A stretch of DNA of 64,000 nucleotides from Octopus bimaculoides. Lineage: Eukaryota. The notes under the pieces are model-generated. The model had not been told where the DNA came from. It made no database searches and saw only the letters and a list, made by a program, of their open reading frames with translations. The stretch spans positions 53,929,123 to 53,993,122 of the forward strand of contig NC_068988.1 of assembly GCF_001194135.2 (NCBI RefSeq), written 5' to 3'. The position numbers were made by a program, and so were the translations under genes. This document shows, piece after piece, positions 1 through 12,099 of the stretch (position 1 is its first letter; every line of letters begins with the position of its first letter).

Positions 1-447
1 TTAGAATCTTCCACTAAACCTTAGTTACAATTTATGCTCCTAACACTAGCTTAATGATAACTAAGTTATTTTACTAAATTCTTTGTTATATTTAAAATTA
101 ATTGAAAGAAACACAGAGCATTTCAAAATAAATACGGTAATGAAAGGGTAAAACACAGGAAAGCTTGTTGACAACTTTTGCTAATGCTGGTTACCACTGA
201 CAACAGTACTACCGCACTTACTACTAGTAATGCCACTATTACTACTATCACTGTTACTATAGTTGTTAATATTGAGTAGGAAAAAATGAATGTAGAGCAT
301 TTTGTTTTTAGTAAAGGAATGAATACCACAACTTCAAATTTTTGTTCCGTGAAAACATCATGTATCATTTCAGCATTTTGTTATTTATGTAATTTGAACA
401 CTTATATAGCTGTTCTTTGTGAATACCTTATCAATGACAATTATAGA

Positions 448-1455
448 AATAATCGTTTGTAATACAGGTACAAGGTCTGAGACTTTGGAGAAAGGGGTTA
501 ATTGAATTAATCAAAAGATGAAGAGTTAACTGTGGGATTTGAATTCGGGACAAGGAGAGCTGAACAAATAATGATGATAATAATCCTTTCTACTATTGGC
601 ACAGGGGCTGAAATTTTGTGGGGAGGGAATGGTCAATTACATCAACCTCCGGGCTTAACTAGTACTTTATTGACCCTGAAAGGATGAAAGGCAAAGTTGA
701 CCTTGACAGCATTTGAACTCAAAACATAAAGATTTGGAAGAAATGCCATTAAGTATTTTGTCTGGTGTGCTAATGATTCTTCCTTAATAATAATAGTAAT
801 CCTTTCTTATAAAGGCAGTTTTGGGAGAACAGGCTAGTGAATTGCATAGACCCCAGTGCTCAACTGTTTCTATTTCAATGATCCTGAAAGGATGAAAGAC
901 GAAGTTGACCTTGGCAGAATTGGAACTCAGAACATAAAGTCAGAATAATTGCTACTAAGTATTTCATTTGGTGTGCTAATGGTTCTGCCAGCTTACAGCT
1001 TTAATAACAATAACAACAACAATAATAATAGTAATGATTTCAAAATTAGGCACAAGGCCAGCAGTTTCGGAGGTGGGAGTAAGTTGATTACATTGACCCC
1101 AGTGCTCAATTTGTACGTATTTTATTGACCCGGAAAGGATAAAAAACAAATTTGACTGTAGTGAAATTTTAGCTGAGTGCTAGAAATGCCACTGGGCACT
1201 AATGATTCTACCAGCTCACTGCTTTAATAATGATAATAATCCTTTCTACTTAAAGCCACAAGGCCTGAAATTTTGGGCCAGGGTTGATTACATCGACTCT
1301 GGTACTTGACTGGTACTTTGCCTTTTGTCCTTTCAGGGTCAATAAAATAAAGTCGACCTTGGGCAGAATTTGAACTCAGAATGTAAAGATGGATGAAATG
1401 TCAACTAAGCGCTTTGTCCAGCATGCTGACAATTATGCCAGCCCACCACCTTAAT
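448..1455 (-). mobile_element. Head-to-tail array of about five tRNA-derived SINEs (family A, Deu/Nin-like central domain, (ATT)n tail)
   Basis: Repeated reverse complement of ggtggtgagctggcagaatc...gagttcaaattc...gcctttcatcctttcggggtcgataaa.taagtaccag...ggccttgtgcc separated by (AAT)n. The domain name is from recollection. Confidence 0.8.
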
Positions 1456-1777
1456 AATAATAATAATAATAGTAATAGTAACAACAACAACAATAATGAT
1501 AATTTTTGATGCCCTTTGTATAAGTATTTGCTGATAAAAGTTTGACAGTTTTGAATGTTATGAAAAATTATGAATGAAAGAATTAAATATATATATTTAT
1601 ATAAATAAACATTTGTCTGATATTGTCAAAAGCAGTTTACTGAAAGCAACTGACTTTAGGTTTTTCCATCCAGATACAGTCCCATTTTCTTTATTTTATG
1701 CCTTAGTCTTTTGTTTACCTCATTCTCTCTATATATCTAGCTGTCTCACTCATATAAACTTTAAAATCTATTTGAAG

Positions 1778-1897
1778 GTGGAAGGCAATGAGATTTCAGC
1801 AATAGAGAACAAACATCAAGATAATGGCCAGAAGTTGGGAACAGAGAATGGCTTGGGAGAAGATGCTAGTAAACCTCAAGAAAAACATACAAACTGC
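1778..1897 (+). CDS. RAR: Probable internal exon of the RAR-like gene (hinge / H1-H3 loop insert, VEGNEISAIENKHQDNGQKLGTENGLGEDASKPQEKHTNC)
   Basis: Purine-rich open frame ends at a consensus donor (C|GTGAGT at 1898) in phase 0, matching the phase-0 start of the next exon. The acceptor is ambiguous (AG at 1776-1777, or a stronger pyrimidine tract with AG at 1739-1740). No recognisable homology. Confidence 0.55.
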
Positions 1898-2832
1898 GTG
1901 AGTTTGATAGTTAAAATTCCTATAACTAGGTTGTGCCACTCTTGTGTAATGATAAGATGTCTTTAGGTAGTTTTAAATCATTAGTATTCTGACCAAATTG
2001 GAGTGCTACAGTTGTACTGAAAATGAAAATGGTATGATTTGATGTCACTTTTTAAGGAGTGTTGTAATAAACAGAACATAATTTCCAATTATTTTTTATT
2101 AATGAAGAACGAAATGGTTGGATAATATCCATAGTTTCAGTTGGTTACACTTAAGGATGGTTGCTTTTGGTAGGACACTGTGGAGGAAGTGCCTGAGGAC
2201 TCTTTCCCCACAACCCTGCCATGAATAGTGGGCACAGAAAACAGATGGATGTATGGTCGGGACTTCTATCAGATGCATTTCTGAAGGAATAAACCCCAAA
2301 CAACTGAATTATAAGAAGAATTTTTGCTTATTTTGTGGGGGTTTTTTTTTTAGCATTAAAAGGAAATAATTTCATGAGACTCAAGAACATTGTGTCCTAG
2401 ATATGTAATAATACAGGGCTGAGATGCTGTTAGAGAATACACTATGTGAATGATTCCCTATTTGTAGCATTTAGAATTTGTTTAGTTCCAGGTGAACCCT
2501 GATCAAGTGAAACTACAATCAAGGGTCTTTTTGTCATAACCAGCCTGCTTTTATTCAGACATGGTGCATCTAGGATGATGCTATTCAATATGTTCTTCCT
2601 TTTCTTTGAGATGTAATTTGAGGGAGATTTAGCTTCTGCTTATTGCAGATCAAGCAATCAAATATAAGCTTACAGCATTTAGTTATAGAAATGAAACTTA
2701 CCCCTGTAAACTAACTTTCATCCTGTTAGCCATGGAGAATTGGCTGGTTGACATGTATAAACTGGGCTTTTGAGAAATATACTTGTACTCAACTATAACA
2801 AGCCGTAGTTTCTATATCATTATCATCATTAT

Positions 2833-3063
2833 TTAATCCTTTTCTTAACAACTCGCCTGATATTGCCTCTGGTTGTATGTTACAAGCTTCTTGTTTTAAA
2901 GTGAGCTAAATTAAAGCCTTACTTTAAAATTTTACGTTAATTTATGTTTCAAACATCAGCTTAATAATGTCAAAGTTGTTTTAATTACCTTCTTCATTAT
3001 TTTCAAAATTAATAGAAACAAAAAGCAGTCTATTTCAACGGAAATATGGTAACAAAAGGGTTG
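2833..3063. mobile_element. TTAA-CCCTT...AAGGG-TTAA piggyBac-like MITE; related copies at 1-152 and 5184-5388
   Basis: Shared internal sequence (aatttatgttcc..aca.cagcttaataatg) and CCCTTT/AAAGGG termini. Confidence 0.6.
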
Positions 3064-3829
3064 CTGTCTATATTCCATGTTGGCATGAGTTGGTCAGTTT
3101 AATAAGGTCCAATGGCCCCAAGGACTGCATCATACTCCAATGTCTGGTGTGCCATGGTTTTTACAGCTGAATGCCTTTTCTAATATCAGCTACTTTACAA
3201 CATATGCAGCTGCTTTTCACAGACTGAATTCTAAGAAAGACTTCACAACTGGGTGGCACAAAATCAATCACATACTCACTTCAGAGTCATAGATATGTAA
3301 GAGTACATAGCCATTGCTCATTAACGCTGGCTGGTCTCATGCCACTGCTACTCAGGCATTATCATCTCCTCTTATCACTCACATTTTGTATACACAACCC
3401 TAGGCTGATACATTAATCAGTGTATCTATTCCTTCCCTCTTCAGGATATCACCCCTCTAGAATTTTCTCTCTCTCTCTTATTGACTTGCAACAGTGGAAT
3501 GTTAATAGCATCACCCTCACCAGTTCTGGAGGGCCTGCAAAAGGCTATGGGCACAACCTTTTCCTCTAGACCAAACTAATGGGGAGAGAAAAAAAAATGG
3601 TACTTAAGTGTATATGTACCATTGTGTAAAGACATTCAGTCTGTTAATTAGGAAAATTGTAATGCCTAAATCTAAAATTGTTTGAAGGTATTTGTGGACA
3701 ACAAAAATATTAGTTTTGTATTTTAATTATGAACAAGCATGAATAAATTATTTGTTTTTAATTAGTTTGGCAATAACATTTTCTTGAAGGAATATTTTTA
3801 GAAATGACAGTATGATTGGCACTCTGTTG

Positions 3830-4131
3830 GTTATGATGATGAGTGTCCCAATTGATCTGATTAAATGAACAGCCTGCTCATGAAATTAACATGCAAGTGG
3901 CTGAGTACTCCACAGACATGTACCCTTAACATAGTTCTGAGGGAGATTCAGAGTGACAGTGATAAAGCTGGCCCTTAGAATTACAAGTACAACTCCTTTT
4001 TGCCAGCTGAGTGGACTGGAACATCATGAAATAAAGAGTCTTGTTCAAGGACACAATGCACCACCAGGAATTGAATTCACAACCTTATGGTCATGAGCCA
4101 AATACTCTATCCACTAATCCACTTGCCTTCA
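3830..4131 (-). mobile_element. tRNA-derived SINE family D (head + gtgttgtgttcttgagcaagacacttt core)
   Basis: Reverse complement of the tRNA head and core also seen at 21210-21405 (+), 37310-37515, 45845-46115, 50220-50552 (all -) and 63805-64000 (+). Confidence 0.7.
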
Positions 4132-4338
4132 AGGGATATAAAAAATATAAATGTTATAATAGTGGAACTCGAAGTAGATAAACTACAATTAATAGTTTTA
4201 TCTTCTATCATTAAAATGATTTATTTAATTTCTCTTGAAGTTTCTAAAAAAATCTAAAATTTTTATAATGTAAACAACATACAATTCTCACTGGTATGAA
4301 CAAAGTTTCTAAAATGAATAGAGAAAATTCCAAGGTTT

Positions 4339-4407
4339 GCTTCGGTATAATGGTAGCACTTCTGTCATGTACTCATAAGATATAAGTTCAAGTCCTACAA
4401 GTAGCCT
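4339..4407 (+). pseudogene. Degenerate tRNA-like sequence inside a repeat with a 25-bp imperfect inverted pair (4158-4182 / 4470-4494)
   Basis: A-box-like tataatggtagca and B-box-like agttcaagtcc, but no intact cloverleaf. Confidence 0.35.
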
Positions 4408-4989
4408 TCAGTTTTTTTCTGTTAAAGGGTTTTTTGAATCTAGTATTCTACATGCTATTATTTATAAACTTTATCTACTTCAAGTTCTATCATTAAAATG
4501 ATCTATTTCACTTTTGTGTATTTAAAAAAAATGTTTTCAATGTTGGCTGCCTGTTTGAACCTTCAGGAATTATAATCTTTTCTGTTGAATCTAATTGCTT
4601 AGATCTTCTAGAAACTGTTAAATTCCTTCTTTCTTGTTTAGAACTATTAGTTTAACTTAATTTCATTTTTAAAAATGAGGAAATATATTTACAAATTTTG
4701 TGAGGAAAAATTTTTTTTTAAGTCTCAAGAAAAGAAAAAAAAAAAAAAGATATAATGTTTGTAGCTGAAAGACCTATTGAAAAATGGATGAAAGAGTTGT
4801 TTAGCATCAGTGTACCCTAATCAAGTAGATCTGTCAATAAAATATTCCAGATGTGACCATTCCAATTTTTATTTACAGGCTATCTAGAGGTATGTTTTCT
4901 AGTATGTTCATTTTTTTAAGATGTTAGAATGTGATGTGAGATGGAATTTAGAGCTCCACTTGTCGGTTTCCTTGAATCTATTTTAAACA

Positions 4990-5168
4990 TTCAACCCCTT
5001 AGCATCACATAATTCTCTCAAATGTAATGCTTATTCATTCACATTGTAACTTTGAGATTTTGATGAGGTAACTTGATTTTTAGAATAACATAGTAGGGTT
5101 GGTGTAAGAGGCTGAATATAAAACAGAATATTTTGGCCAGATATGGTTGGTTTAAATGCTAAATTAAA
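4990..5168. mobile_element. Second TTAA/CCCTT-terminated MITE family; other copies at 10470-10582 and 11638-11855
   Basis: Shared ccctt.gcattcagat...gatatggc.ggtttaaatgctaaagggttaa. Confidence 0.6.
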
Positions 5169-5453
5169 TATCTTTATTGGCATTTAACCCTTTTGATACC
5201 AACCTGCATGAGACTGCCCCTGATTCTATGTTACAAACTTCTTATTTTAAAGTGATCTAAATTAAAACCTTCCAGTAAAATCTCATGTTAATTTATGTTC
5301 CAAGCATCAGCTTAATAATGACAGTTATTTTACCAAATTCTCCATTATCAAAATGTGTTTTAACAGGAACATGGTAACAAAACAATTAAAGCATGCAAAC
5401 CCAACATGCAACTTCTTATCTTAAAGTGTATGTCTATTCATTTCTCTTTTTAG

Positions 5454-5606
5454 AAACTTTTCAATAATAAAGTGGAAAGTATAATAGATTTTTCCAATGA
5501 AGCAGCTTTGAAGATTATTGAGTTCTCCAAGAGAGTACCAGGATTCAAAGATTTAAACATCAAAGATCGTGTCACTCTTACCAAATCTGCTTGCCTAGAA
5601 ATAATG
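5454..5606 (+). CDS. RAR: RAR-like nuclear receptor LBD exon, helices 3-5 (KLFNNKVESIIDFSNEAALKIIEFSKRVPGFKDLNIKDRVTLTKSACLEIM)
   Basis: Acceptor tttctcttttTAG, donor GTAATT. Contains the nuclear-receptor signature FSKRVPGF...D..TL.K.AC. The phase-0 intron after EIM matches the RAR intron after D-I-L269 (human RARA numbering, recalled). Confidence 0.92.
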
Positions 5607-6069
5607 GTAATTATTTTCATTGTTATTATTATTGTTTTTGTTGTTATTAAATTGGTATTTGCTTTGTGTCTAAAAAAAAGTTTCTCACTTTTTCTGTTGT
5701 CATTGTTTTTCTCTAAAAGGTATCCCATCATTTTATTCATTTTTTATTTTTGTTCATTTTGTTGAAAAACTAATATGTATTATTGGGGTACAGTATGCCT
5801 TTTGAGGAAGTGAACCAATAGGTTTAACAGAAGTTGTGCACAGTTTAAAGTCATTAGCTATGTGAGCCACAGATTAATGACCTGTGCATTCAACATTGTC
5901 AAAACCAATAGTTAACTGGCATTGAAAATATCTTACATGATTAAAAACAAATTTCAGCAACGGGATTAGCAAACTAGTTAGGTAGAAATTGAGATGGATC
6001 ACTCTCTACAAATGGCAGGTGTTTTCTTTTGTCTCCAACCATTAACACATTGGGTCGTAGAATGAGCAG

Positions 6070-6365
6070 TGATTGCACGCCAAAAAGCCTGTCAGTCGCT
6101 TTTGCTGAACTGCTAAGTTACAGGGATTTAAACAAACCAACACCAGTTGTCAAGTGACAACACACACAAACCACAAACACACACACACACATGTATATGA
6201 TGGGCTTCTTTCAGTGTCCATCTACCAAATCCACTCACAAGACTATAGTAGAAGTCAACCTAAGGTTATGGAAGAAAATACTCACCTAAAGTGCCACACA
6301 GTGGGACTGAACGTGGAACCATGTAGTTGGGAAGCAAGCTTCTTACCATACAGCCACGCCTGCAA
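6070..6365 (-). mobile_element. tRNA-derived SINE family B (CORE-like, internal CA/TA microsatellite)
   Basis: Reverse complement of ggctgtgtggtaag.agcttgctt...ggttcagtcccactgcgtggcaccttgggcaagtgtc...gagtggatttggtagacggaaactgaaagaagccc. Confidence 0.8.
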
Positions 6366-6453
6366 CTCATACAGACTTTTTCCCTATCATTTTGTTATTT
6401 TTGCTTATTTGTGCCAATGTGATTTTTAAATGAAGTTTGCATTTATTTTCCAG

Positions 6454-6658
6454 TATTTACGTATGTCACATCGATACGATGCGGACCGAGACGTGATAGC
6501 TTTTGAAGGCGATGATTATCTAACTAGAGAGGATTTCAATGAAATGGGGTTCAGTACAATCACTAATAGCATCTTCAAATTTGCTGCAGATTTTAAAGAT
6601 TTAGGTCTTGATGACAGAGAGCTGGCCACATTGACATATGTGGTTTTGGTCAGTGGTG
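6454..6658 (+). CDS. RAR: RAR-like LBD exon, helix 5 to helix 8 (YLRMSHRYDADRDVIAFEGDDYLTREDFNEMGFSTITNSIFKFAADFKDLGLDDRELATLTYVVLVSG)
   Basis: Acceptor ttattttcCAG, donor GTAAGT. Length 205 nt, identical to the corresponding RARA exon as I recall it. Ungapped alignment to RARA 270-337, about 30% identity by eye. Confidence 0.93.
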
Positions 6659-6685
6659 GTAAGTGCTCTTCTATTATGTGTCAGT

Positions 6686-6687
<2 letters not shown>

Positions 6688-6743
<56 letters not shown>

Positions 6744-6765
6744 GTCTCTCTCTCTCTCTCTCTCT
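6688..6765. repeat. (CT)n microsatellite
   Basis: Direct observation. Confidence 0.9.
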
Positions 6766-7904
6766 CCATTTAGTTAAACAGTAGAACTACCTTAACTTGT
6801 ACGAATATTGTACCTTTTTGTGTGTGCCGGGGGTGGGGGCTGTTTATGTGGTGGAAAGTTGAAAGCTACTGGATATTGGCCAACGGAAGAGTTGTCTACA
6901 CTTGTATATTATGTGAGTTCTTTTTTAAATGCTTTGTTAGAAAAGGAGCAAGCATTTCTATGATCCTTTTGAGGGTCTCTGAGATTGGTGAGAAAATAGG
7001 AAGTTTTCTTTAGACCAGAGGCTTGACTCAAATGAATAGACTTTGCTAAAGATATCCAAGGGCCAGGTGTTGGTGTTATACTGGGCAATGGATGAAATTC
7101 ATATGATTAGTCTCTAGAGTGTTTATGTCACAGAATTCTGTTATATAGAAATATACTATTTCTCTGGTCTGTTTGGCTAGGAAAAGAAAATAGTGGTAGG
7201 ATTAATTATTGTTATAAATATTCTTGGATAATCAGTGAAGCGTGAGAATGGTGACAGTTTGAGTGAGCAAGGGCCAGTCCAGATAATGATGCAAAGTGAA
7301 TAATATTTGGGTTCTGTGGTAGAATCATGGCAGTTATCATCCTTGTAAACAGACTCAATTGTTCAAGAATTGTGTTGAGCTCTAAGGTTTGAGTTCAACA
7401 CTAAAGTCAGTGAAACACATTTATTATACAGTGCTCCATCTACTTTGAGTGGTAAACTTTTCTAGCATATGGTGATTATTTACGTAGAAGTTGACAGGTT
7501 TATTGGTGCTTTTAACTGTTTTTTGGCCATGAACACAGCTCACTATCAGTGGGAGACAATTCTGGCCAGCAAACTGCATCCAACCAACTTGACTGCTTGT
7601 GATTCTCATTAACTAGTTAGTATACAACTTATATACAATATGTAATCTATTCTGGCCTTGAAGAATGATGACTAGTCAAATAGTGAGTGATGATTATGAA
7701 GATGGTGACAACAGCTGCAAACTGAATGCCTGTTGAGATTAACTTTACCTTATATTTCTACTGGTTTGGTAAAATATGCCAGGCATTTGTGTAGAGGTCC
7801 ATTCAAGTGACAATATTTTTCTTTTATAAAGTTTTAGCAAAGTTAAAAAAAAAAATCCGCATTAAGATCGCCATTATTATCATTGTTATAAATTTGCTGA
7901 TTAA

Positions 7905-8435
7905 TTGACCCTTCTGGGGCCAATAAAATAAGTACCAGCTGAGCACTGGAGTTGATGTTATTGATGTGCTCCTTCCCCTGAAATTGCTGGCCTTGTGCCA
8001 AAATTTAAAATCATTATTATTCAGACAGTGATGTAGCAAAATTGTTAGACAAAATGCTTTGATTTAGTCACATTACATTATATTTTGAGTTAAAATCCTA
8101 ACAAGGCTGACTTTCATCTGTCTAGGTATAATCTAAATAAGTACTAGTGATGTACTGGGAGTCACACTCCCATAAAACTTGTGGCCTTGTACCTATCTTA
8201 GAAAGTGTTAATACTGGTTTCAAATTTTTATACAATGCCAGTAAGTTTTGGGGGAGGTGATAAGTTGATTGCATTGACCCCAGTACTTGACTGGTACTTA
8301 TTTTAACAACCCCAAAAGGATAAAAGATTAAGTCGACCTTGGTGGAATTTGAACTCAGAATGTAAAGGCAGATGAAATGCCTCTTAGCATTTCACCTGGT
8401 GGGCTTGCTAATGATTCTGCCAGCTCACTGCCCTA
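7905..8435. mobile_element. Two + strand and one - strand family A SINEs, the last two tail-to-tail
   Basis: + copies about 7905-8020 and 8025-8210; - copy about 8213-8435. Confidence 0.7.
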
Positions 8436-8727
8436 GAAATTATTTATATTAACATTTAAAAATTAGTAGCATGCTAAACCTTATAACATTTAGTTTTGGT
8501 TCCCCTGCATTTGGACTTCAAATTCTGCAAAGGTTGATTTTGCTTTTCACCCCTTCAAAGTTCGCCCTAGTGGAATTTGAACTGAAAGAATGTAAAGTAA
8601 TGTAACTAAATACAACATGGCTCTTTGTTCACCACTCTACTGCTTTTAACCATTCAGTACTGATTATAGCTACTATTATTTATTTCTATAATTATATTTA
8701 TAACTAATATTATTGTTGTCGTTTTAG

Positions 8728-8886
8728 ATCGCTGTGATTTGAATGAACCAGAACGTGTAGAAGAGTTGCAAGGTCCATTGCTTGATTTGTTGAGGAAATA
8801 TTCACGTTTAAATCATGAGCATGATCCTAATGTCTTTCCAAAAACCCTTTTGAAATTAACTTCACTTCGATCATTGAGTTTGCAGA
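8728..8886 (+). CDS. RAR: RAR-like LBD exon, helices 9-10 (DRCDLNEPERVEELQGPLLDLLRKYSRLNHEHDPNVFPKTLLKLTSLRSLSLQ)
   Basis: Acceptor gttTTAG, donor GTAAGT. 159 nt, phase 1 at both ends, as in RARA. Ungapped match to DRQDLEQPDRV..LQEPLL..L..Y...FPKMLMKITDLRSIS, close to 50% identity by eye. Confidence 0.95.
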
Positions 8887-9663
8887 GTAAGTTACTCTCT
8901 TTCTATATATCTTTTTTTATTTTTGTTGTTGTTTTTCTTTTTATACATATCTCTCCATTTTCGTGGCTTTGCAGCTTCTATTTTCACATTCAGTTATTTA
9001 TTTATCCTCTTCTATAATCTTCCTCATCATTGGATTACTTCATGAATGAGTCCTTAAATTGAATATAAGAGTAATAATGATATATAATAAAGCTGCTGAC
9101 TGTATTATGAGCAGTTCATAATTGTACTACTCTTTATGAACAACAAAATTTTCCTTCCAATTACAAAACTCTGAACTGAATGAACCAGAGCATTTTCCCC
9201 ACATGAGACTATTTCCTTCAGAAAGCTGCTACTACTACCTAAACCTCTTCAGGCCATGTCCAACTGAAGCCCACCTAACAGATTGGCAAAATCCTACTAA
9301 CCTACTGACTACAGCACAACCACTCATTCACACAGTGTTCTTTCTTTTCTCTCTCTCTTTTTCTCTGTCATCACTTCTACTTTAGACTCTGTTCCTTTGA
9401 ACTAAGTATATACTCACTCAACCCTCTCCCTTCCTCCTGTCATCCCTGTTTAGACCCATGATCATTTTGATAGCCTTTCTAAGCTACCAGCTAAAGCAGT
9501 GTACTGGAGTTTATCATACACAACGACAGACATCGATTAGTATTTGTCTCCCCCACCCTGAAAGCGGGGCAACTGCCCAGTGATTTCATACTCTTTAGCA
9601 TTCAAATTACTTTATCAAGTATAATGCTGACTTACTCATATTGTTTTGAGTTAATCATTCACT

Positions 9664-10066
9664 ATAGGCGCAGGAGTGGCTGTGTGGTAAGTAGCTTGCT
9701 TACCAACCACATGGTTCCGGGTTCAGTTCCACTGTGTGGCACCGTGGGCAAGTGTCTTCCACTATAGCTTCGGGCTGACCAAAGCCTTGTGAGTGGATGT
9801 AGTAGATGGAAGCTGAAAGAAGCCCATCGTATATATGTATGCGTGTATATATGTTTGTGTCTGTGTTTGTCCCCCTAACATCGCTTGACAACTAATGCTG
9901 GTGTGTTTATGTCCCCGTAACATAGCAGTTCGGGAAAAAGAGACTGATATAATAAGTACTAGGCTTACAAAGAATAAGTCCTAAGGTCGATTTGCTTGAC
10001 TAAAGGTGGTGCTCCAGCATGGCCGCAGTCAAATGACTGAAACAAGTAAAAGAGAGAGTAAAGAGT
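9664..10066 (+). mobile_element. Near full-length family B SINE
   Basis: tRNA head ggcgcaggagtggctgtgtggtaag through to the (aagagta)n tail. Confidence 0.85.
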
Positions 10067-10470
10067 ATCTCTTGGCTTTACGATCACTAACTATGGAGAG
10101 GATCTGTGGAAGAGGTAGACCTAGGAAGACATGGGACAAGATGGTGAAGCATGATCTCTGAAAGTGGGGCCTCATGGAGGCGATGTCAAATGATTGTAAC
10201 CTTTGGCGATTTGCTGTGCTTGAGAAGGCTTGTCAAGCCAAGTGAAATCGTAGTTGTGGCCAGTGCTGGTGACATGATATGCCATCCATACCACTGACAC
10301 ATAAAAGGCACCCTCTACACTCTTGGAGTGGTTGGTGCTAGGAAGGGCATCTAACTATAAAACCCAAGCTAAATTAAGACTGGAACCTGGTGTAACTCTG
10401 GTTTACTAGTTCCAGTCAAGCTGTCTAACCCATGCCAGCATGGAAAGCAGGTGTTAAATTATGATGATGT
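10067..10470 (+). mobile_element. 5'-truncated RTE LINE (C-terminal RGRPRKTW motif + 3'UTR + (GAT)n tail)
   Basis: Translates to ERICGRGRPRKTWDKMVKHDL, followed by the 3'UTR shared with 12100-12468, 14395-14580 and 17510-17800. Confidence 0.75.
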
Positions 10471-12099
10471 GTAATTTTAGAATGATATTGTAGGATACAT
10501 GTGAGAGGCCAGATCTGTCTGATCTGAACACAAGAAAGAGTATTTGGGTCAGATATGGCTGATTTAAATGCTAAAGGGTTAAGACACCATTGCTTAGATC
10601 CCATGTTAAGCACTTCATATCCCCTACCCACCACACACACATCTCTTTTTGTAGCAGACACTGATATTTTAGCTGAATATCAACCACATCAACATCAGCC
10701 ATTTTTTGGTAGGTCTGCAATGGTTCTGATCGATAATGATTGGCTAAAATCCTCGACAGCATTGTTCCAGCATGGCCACAGTTCTGTAAATGACACCGGT
10801 AACAATTTGATATGTAAATGTGTTTGCTGCTGAAGGAATAAGTATGTTGAAATGGTGTGCTATATTGAGTATGTTCTGAGTTCAAATACCACCAGGGTCG
10901 ACTTTGGTTTTCATCCTTTCAGGGTCGATGAAATAAGTACCAGTTGAGCACTGGGGTTGATTTAATCAACTTGGCACCTTCTCCAAAACTGCTGGCCTTG
11001 TGCCAAAATTTGAAGCCTATTGGGTTGGTGCATAATTATTGCGGCTTTTTTTTTCAATAAATTTTATTCAACAAAAGCAATAACAACATATAACAAAAAC
11101 ATCTTTAAATGATTATTCCAGATCATATTCACCATCTACTTCAATTACTGCTTCCCATTTGCTTGGCAGATGGTCAGACCGTCATTTAAAATTGTTTTTG
11201 TTAAATATTGTTATTGTTTTTGTTGAAAAAAAAACAAAACATGAATTATGCACCAACCCAATATTTTAGGAATAAAGACTGTGTTGAGACAAAGCAACAA
11301 ATGTGTGTGTGTGTAGGTGCAAGCATGGCTCTGCAGTGGAGAAGTTTGCTTCTCAACCTCATGGATTCACATTTAGTCACACTACATGAGCAAGTGGGTT
11401 AGAGCATTGTAAAGAGAAATAAAAAACAAAAAAACAAAAGCTGTGAGTTGCATGAGGTAAACATGTACAAACATTGCTGTAACTATATATATGCATGCAG
11501 CTTACAGAATTTAGTTTCATTCTTACAATGTCGATTGTTCATATCTGTACGTAGTCATAAAGTGTTTTTTAAGTCTACTGCTTTTTACTTAACTCATTCA
11601 AAATTATGACCTTGTGCCAATATAAGAAACTAGTGTTAGTAACCCTTTGGCATTCAGATTATTCTGCCAAATGTAAAGCTTGTTTATTCACATTACTCAG
11701 GCTTTATCTTGTCGCTTTCAGATTTCAGTGACTTGACTGTTTATTTTCAGGATGTCATAGTTGGGTAGGTGTGATAGGCCAAATCTGACCAGTTTGAACA
11801 TAAAACAGGACAATTATGTTGGTTGAATATGGCTGGTTAAATGCTAAAGGTCTAATGTTAGGCTTTGTCAAATCTACCCAGGACTGCATAGCAATAACTT
11901 CTCTTGTTGTTACTGCAAAAATGTTTACCAACATTTCTTATGGCTTTATGTTCTGAGTTCAAATGTTACCATGGTCAGCTTTGCCTGTCATCCTTTCAAA
12001 GGTCGATAATATAAGTATCTGTAATGTAATTGATTTACCCCTTCCCCTAAAATTGCTAGCTGTATGCCATAATTTGAAGCCATTATTATTACTGTTACA

